Shown: positions 59,109 to 64,000 of the stretch, one piece after another
Layout of the letters: every line of letters starts with the position of its first letter
Numbering within the stretch: the stretch's first letter is position 1
DNA from: Candidatus Moanibacter sp.
GTDB taxonomy: Bacteria > Verrucomicrobiota > Verrucomicrobiia > Opitutales > UBA2987
Length of the DNA stretch: 64,000 nt
NCBI GenBank assembly: GCA_965215885.1
Contig: CBDCEW010000097.1
Span: forward strand, 100,234 to 164,233
Reading direction: 5' to 3'
Program-made: the position numbers and the translations under genes
Notes under the pieces: model-generated
Told to the model about the DNA's origin: nothing
What the model saw: only the letters and a program-made list of their open reading frames with translations
Databases searched by the model: none

Positions 59109-62100
59109 ATGACGCAGCTGAATTTGATCCGTCAAAGTGTTCGCTTTTATTGGCGGACTCACCTTGGAGTCGTGGCGGGAGCGGCAATCGGCGCCATGGT
59201 ACTGATTGGCGCTCTCATGGTGGGCGACTCGGTAAAGGCGACTCTCGTGTCTCTGGCCGAGTATCGTATTGGGAAAGTTGAAGTATCGCTGTACTCGCAG
59301 GATCGGTTTTTCCGCTCCCGACTTGCCCGCGATCTCCAGTCGAAACTAGGGGGAACTGTAGCTCCCGTGCTGATGTTCAAAGGCAGCGTTTCGACTCCGG
59401 GAAGGGAGAAACGGATAAACCGGATTCAGGTTTTTGGTGTTGACGAGCGGTTCTGGCAACTCTCAGTGAGCGGCCGAGAGAGACCATTCAGCGAATCTGG
59501 GGTCATTCATTTGAACGAGCATCTTGCGGCTCTCTTGGAAGCAGCAGGAGGGGACACCCTAATTCTTCGCCTCGAGAAACCCAGCGAACTAACCCGGGAT
59601 GCACCCCTGTCGGGAGAGCGACACGCTTTGGTTGCCATTCGAGGGAAGATTGACCGCATAATCGGCGACGAGGATTTTGGTCGATTCAGTATGCAGTCGT
59701 CGCAGCTTCCCCCGCTGAATCTCTATATATCGATGCGGGTGCTGCAGGAACGTCTGGCCCTTGAGGGCAAATCCAACCTTATCCTGGCCGGTGCGTCTGC
59801 GGAAGAGGCACTTACTCCCACCCGCGCTGACTCGGCGTTGGAAGAGATATGGCAATTGGAGGATGCAGGGTTGCATTTTCGCAAAGTGGATCAGGGACGG
59901 TTCTGGGAGATGCACTCAGACCGAATATTTCTTGAGGAACCGATAGTTGAAGTGGTGCGAAATATGGCGGCCAAGTCAGAGTCGAAGTCGCCGGATATCG
60001 GACAGATTGGCAGTCCCCAGGGTGTGTTCTCCTATTTCGTTAACGAAATACGAAATGGAGATCGCGCCACCCCCTATTCGATTGTCACTGCGGCCGATCC
60101 GGGGACAGGCGGAATTCTCCCGGTTGATATCACGATGGATGAGATCGTAATAAGTGAGTGGTTACAGGAGGATCTGGGCGCAACCGTGGGCGACAAAGTA
60201 ATGTTGAAATACTTCGTCGTGGATGAGCAGCGAAATCTCAAGGAAGATACCCGGGAATTCGTAATCAGGGACATATTACCGATGAGCGGTAGCGCCATTC
60301 AATCCGATTGGATGCCGCGGTTTCCCGGACTGGCGGGTGTTGAAAATTGTCGGGATTGGGAACCTGGACTTCCGATTGATTTAGAGCGCATCCGAAAGAA
60401 AGACGAAGACTACTGGCACCGGTATAGTGGCGCTCCCAAGGCTTTCATCTCTCTTGAGGCGGGTCAGGAGATGTGGTCAAATCGCTGGGGAAACCTTACC
60501 GGCTTGCGTTTTCTGAAAGAGTCTCTTTCGCGTGAAAAGCTCCGCCACGAGATTCGTAATCGACTGACGCCGTCCCGTCTCGGCCTATTCTTCGAACCAC
60601 TGCGAGAAAGGTCCCTGGCCTCCACCCAATCTCCGATTGATTTCGGGCAGCTCTTTACCGGTTTCAGTTTTTTTCTTATCGCCGCCGCCGCCGCGCTCAC
60701 CGGTCTCCTCTTCGTTTTTACTCTTGAGCAGCGGAGCCCTGAGGCGGGGATCTTGCTCGCCGTGGGCTGGCATCGACGGGAAGTTAGAAGACTGCTTCTC
60801 ATAGAGGGGGCTGTTTTGGCTGTGATTGGAAGCGTCATCGGAGCTATTGCTGCTGCTGGTTACACCCGGTTAGTGCTCCACGCTCTATCCACGGTGTGGC
60901 GTGGAGCGGTCGGTTCCGTCGAGTTCCTCTTCCGGGTTTCACCTTTAACGGTGGGACTTGGTCTGTCGGCTAATATTATGATCGCACTTATAGCGATGTG
61001 GCTTGCGAGTCGAAGACAATCGCGGTTCTCCGCGAGAGAGTTGCTTATTGCCGATGGAATATCGGTGCGGGGCGGTTTGAGAAATCCGAGGAATGCGGCA
61101 AAATTCAGTTTCTGGATGGGCCTCGTCTCTATTGGCGGGGTTCTGGGTCTTCTCGTTTTTGCGACAGAGTCGGCCTCGACTCGGGATCATTCAGCGGCCC
61201 TCTTCTTTGTCGCCGGTACCCTCCTTCTGGGTGCGGGAATCGCTTTCTTGTATGATTGGCTAGCTCGTGCGTCGCAGATTCGCACACCTCTTTCAAGTCT
61301 CGCCGCGTTGGGCCGCAGAAATGTCTCGAGAAGAAGGGGACGCAGCCTCACCACAGCCGGTATTCTTGCGAGCGGCGTTTTCGTCGTAATTTCCGTTACT
61401 GTATTCCGCCAGGACTCCGCGGAGATAGAGAGTGACCGCACTTCGGGAACAGGGGGATTCGCCCTCCTTGCGGAGACAGCTTTACCGCTCTACGCTGACC
61501 TGAATACCGCGAGCGGGAGAGAAAGCCTCGCTTTGGACGATGGTATTCTGAAGGGTGTCTCCGTGGTTCCGATGCGGGTGCGCGATGGAGATGACGCCAG
61601 TTGTCTCAACTTGAATCGCGGCCTCCAGCCACGTTTACTTGGAGTTCGCGCCACGGAACTTGCTCAGCGTCAGGCTTTTCGTTTCTCGGGAGTGCTGAAG
61701 GATTCCGCTCTTTCGGACGGTTGGAAACTGCTTGGGGCAAGACATGCAGATAGCGCTGTACCTGCCATTGCGGACGAAGCGACAGTGAGATGGGCTTTGA
61801 AAAAATCGATTGGTGACACGCTGACTTATACTGATGAGAGGGGTGAGCCCTTTGATATTCGAATCGTGGGCACTGTGGCCGGTTCTGTTCTACAGGGGAG
61901 CCTCTTAGTATCTGAAGATCACCTGAATCGGAACTTCCCTTCTATTGCCGGCTATCGTTACTTCCTAATTGACGCACCCTTACAGGAGGCGGAACACGTT
62001 GCCGGACACCTCACGAGAGCGCTCACCGACCAGGGAATTGAGGTTATTCCGGCGTGGAAGCGTCTGGCTGAATTTCAGAGGGTGCAGAATACCTATCTTT

Positions 62101-62471
62101 CGATCTTTCAGGTCCTCGGAGGACTGGGTCTGGTCCTCGGAACGGCCGGACTGGGAATCGTTGTGGCTCGCAATCTGGTTGAACGCCGGCGGGAATTCGG
62201 GTTGCTCCGTGCCCTCGGATTCGACGAGCGGGCGATCCGATCGCTAGTGTTCCTCGAATACCGCTGGCTGATTGTATGGGGGCTCACCACCGGATTCTGT
62301 GCGGCCTTGGTAGCTGTTTGGCCGGAGTTTGCCAAGACCGGCTCCAATTTCCCGTTAGGGGGTTTCATGATGTTCCTTCTGGCACTATTCTTCGGATGCG
62401 TCTTTTGGGCCTGGATGGCAGCGCGCATTGCCCTCCCCGTTGGCGATTTCAACGCGCTCAGAAGCGAGTGA
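59109..62471 (+). CDS. ABC transporter permease (duplicated FtsX/MacB-type)
   Basis: Two FtsX halves: EQRSPEAGILLAVGW and ERRREFGLLRALGF. Confidence 0.92.
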   Translation: MTQLNLIRQSVRFYWRTHLGVVAGAAIGAMVLIGALMVGDSVKATLVSLAEYRIGKVEVSLYSQDRFFRSRLARDLQSKLGGTVAPVLMFKGSVSTPGREKRINRIQVFGVDERFWQLSVSGRERPFSESGVIHLNEHLAALLEAAGGDTLILRLEKPSELTRDAPLSGERHALVAIRGKIDRIIGDEDFGRFSMQSSQLPPLNLYISMRVLQERLALEGKSNLILAGASAEEALTPTRADSALEEIWQLEDAGLHFRKVDQGRFWEMHSDRIFLEEPIVEVVRNMAAKSESKSPDIGQIGSPQGVFSYFVNEIRNGDRATPYSIVTAADPGTGGILPVDITMDEIVISEWLQEDLGATVGDKVMLKYFVVDEQRNLKEDTREFVIRDILPMSGSAIQSDWMPRFPGLAGVENCRDWEPGLPIDLERIRKKDEDYWHRYSGAPKAFISLEAGQEMWSNRWGNLTGLRFLKESLSREKLRHEIRNRLTPSRLGLFFEPLRERSLASTQSPIDFGQLFTGFSFFLIAAAAALTGLLFVFTLEQRSPEAGILLAVGWHRREVRRLLLIEGAVLAVIGSVIGAIAAAGYTRLVLHALSTVWRGAVGSVEFLFRVSPLTVGLGLSANIMIALIAMWLASRRQSRFSARELLIADGISVRGGLRNPRNAAKFSFWMGLVSIGGVLGLLVFATESASTRDHSAALFFVAGTLLLGAGIAFLYDWLARASQIRTPLSSLAALGRRNVSRRRGRSLTTAGILASGVFVVISVTVFRQDSAEIESDRTSGTGGFALLAETALPLYADLNTASGRESLALDDGILKGVSVVPMRVRDGDDASCLNLNRGLQPRLLGVRATELAQRQAFRFSGVLKDSALSDGWKLLGARHADSAVPAIADEATVRWALKKSIGDTLTYTDERGEPFDIRIVGTVAGSVLQGSLLVSEDHLNRNFPSIAGYRYFLIDAPLQEAEHVAGHLTRALTDQGIEVIPAWKRLAEFQRVQNTYLSIFQVLGGLGLVLGTAGLGIVVARNLVERRREFGLLRALGFDERAIRSLVFLEYRWLIVWGLTTGFCAALVAVWPEFAKTGSNFPLGGFMMFLLALFFGCVFWAWMAARIALPVGDFNALRSE

Positions 62472-62849
62472 ATATTACCGTCCTACTGTTAGTTAGTGGC
62501 AACCGGGACGGTTGCCCTACGTAGGACAAGCGTCTCGCTTGTCGAAGGTTCTGTAGCCCGCTTTTAACCTACGCTCTTCCGCAATCGATATGTCACATAT
62601 AAACGACCGAAGCGCGAAAAAACCTGAAAAGGCACGCTCCAGCCAAAGTTTGAGCTACATTTGGACTACTGTAGCGTTAATCTTGGCGATGATTTGCGAA
62701 AAACCGACTGTAGGAAGGGCGTCTCTCTCTCGATCAGTTGCTATGCTTTCATCCGCTGCTCAATCTTCCCTGAGATCGATGCACTTCTTTTCGCTTCCCT
62801 TATCATCTGTTTGGACATATTCATTACCGAAATCTAAACCGCTGACTCT

Positions 62850-64000
62850 TTGGACCAACAGAGAAAACCCCGTTTATTACCACATTGGCTGCTTTTATTC
62901 CTGGTGCCGCAGTTGGCTTTTACTGATGATTCGGAAGAGCAGCCGTCTGACCTTCCCTTATTTCTGGCTGAGGAGCAACAGACGGCGCGGGACTCCAATC
63001 AATTGGCCGTTTCGGTACTAGACGGAGAGGAAATACGCAGGGCAGGTTTCGGTTCCCTTGAGAGCCTGTCCGCTGAAGTGCCAAACTTCAATGTCTCGAG
63101 CAATTCTCTCCGGTCCTTTGGTGATATATTCACCATTCGTGGGTTGAGCAATACGGCATTCTTCAGCGAACCGGCGTTAGCCCTTTATGTCGATGGCGTA
63201 CCGATGGGAGATTCATATACCTATGCGATCCAATTGATGGATATTGAAGAGATTGCAATTCATAGGGGGCCTCAGGGGACGCGCTATGGGAGGAATAGTG
63301 AAGGAGGAGTGATTGATATCCGCACGAAGGGTCCGGATGATCAATATCGCGCGAGTGCATCTTTTAAGGTTGGGAGTTTCGACCGAAAGATGTTTCAACT
63401 CGCGGTGTCGGGACCAATAGTAGAGAAGAAGCTCTACTTTAGGTTGGCAGGATTGTATGAGGAACGTGGGGGATACGTTAACAACCGGCTTCTTGACAGA
63501 CATACCGATACCCACGAAGCGTGGGGAGGCCACTTCAAAATTGGATGGAACCCCAACCGAGATTGGAGAATCGACTTCGGCTTCAATCTCGACCGTTTCG
63601 ATGATGGATCCCAGCGAGTCACTTCTTTGGATAGTGATCCGTTTGAAGTCAGTTCAGACTTTGAGGGATTGACCCGTATTCGCCGTGACGGGGAACACGT
63701 TCGTCTGGTTCGCACATTTGACTGGGGGACATTCGCTTCGATGAGTTCTCGGCAATTCTGGAAACTTGAGCCTAACGAACTCGATTTGGACCTATCCCCG
63801 GTTCCCGGATTCACTTCCACTATCAATCAGTGCCAGGAGCAGTGGTCGCAGGAGTTTCGATTGGAGTCGTCCATGGAGAGCAGAAGCCCATGGATGTGGA
63901 AGGCAGGACTTTTCTTATCTACCAGCGAAACGTTGGGAAATTCCCTCCGGACATTTTTCACTCCTCCGATTCCCTTTCCATTATTTGTCAGGCAGCTAAC
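62850..64000 (+). CDS. TonB-dependent receptor, partial (runs off the window)
   Basis: Manual translation gives IRGLSN...LYVDGVP...DIEEIAIHRGPQGTRYGRNSEGGVIDI; probably missing from the track because no stop falls in the window. Confidence 0.85.
   Translation, partial: MDQQRKPRLLPHWLLLFLVPQLAFTDDSEEQPSDLPLFLAEEQQTARDSNQLAVSVLDGEEIRRAGFGSLESLSAEVPNFNVSSNSLRSFGDIFTIRGLSNTAFFSEPALALYVDGVPMGDSYTYAIQLMDIEEIAIHRGPQGTRYGRNSEGGVIDIRTKGPDDQYRASASFKVGSFDRKMFQLAVSGPIVEKKLYFRLAGLYEERGGYVNNRLLDRHTDTHEAWGGHFKIGWNPNRDWRIDFGFNLDRFDDGSQRVTSLDSDPFEVSSDFEGLTRIRRDGEHVRLVRTFDWGTFASMSSRQFWKLEPNELDLDLSPVPGFTSTINQCQEQWSQEFRLESSMESRSPWMWKAGLFLSTSETLGNSLRTFFTPPIPFPLFVRQL

Noticed and set aside
62590..63021. 143-aa ORF
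   Set aside because: Out-of-frame overlap with the TonB receptor starting near 62850.

Overview
Bacterial chromosomal window, most likely from a PVC-superphylum organism. The PQQ-like propellers, ASPIC/UnbV remnants, Verrucomicrobia-style C-terminal domain and SBP-permease fusion suggest Verrucomicrobiota; this is inference. Positions 1-24 kb are dense in mobile DNA: an IS66 nested in a broken IS4-family copy, three intact IS4-family elements (two with clean 9-bp TSDs), a two-ORF Mutator/IS256-like element, and many MITE/REP-like repeats. Between them lie two AT-rich secreted-protein genes and a pyrimidine cluster with strikingly CAD-like pyrC-pyrB and an inverted pyrF-pyrE fusion. The 24-31 kb part holds a coiled-coil gene with a structured 3' region divergent from a degenerate HNH protein, an LLM oxidoreductase, pca remnants and a pRiA4b ORF-3 protein. 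The 32-46 kb part is a co-oriented cluster of unknown function: three PQQ-like propellers, DUF3311-like/SSS, a GriC/GriD-like pair, Fe-ADH, GT4 and a membrane protein. An ABC exporter at 58-62 kb may belong to it. The 46-57 kb part holds two PhyH dioxygenases, a sialidase-like protein, a GntR regulator, an SBP-permease fusion and a TonB-dependent receptor frameshifted by a 16-bp duplication. No CRISPR array, rRNA or tRNA was recognised. All family calls come from motif recognition, not database searches.
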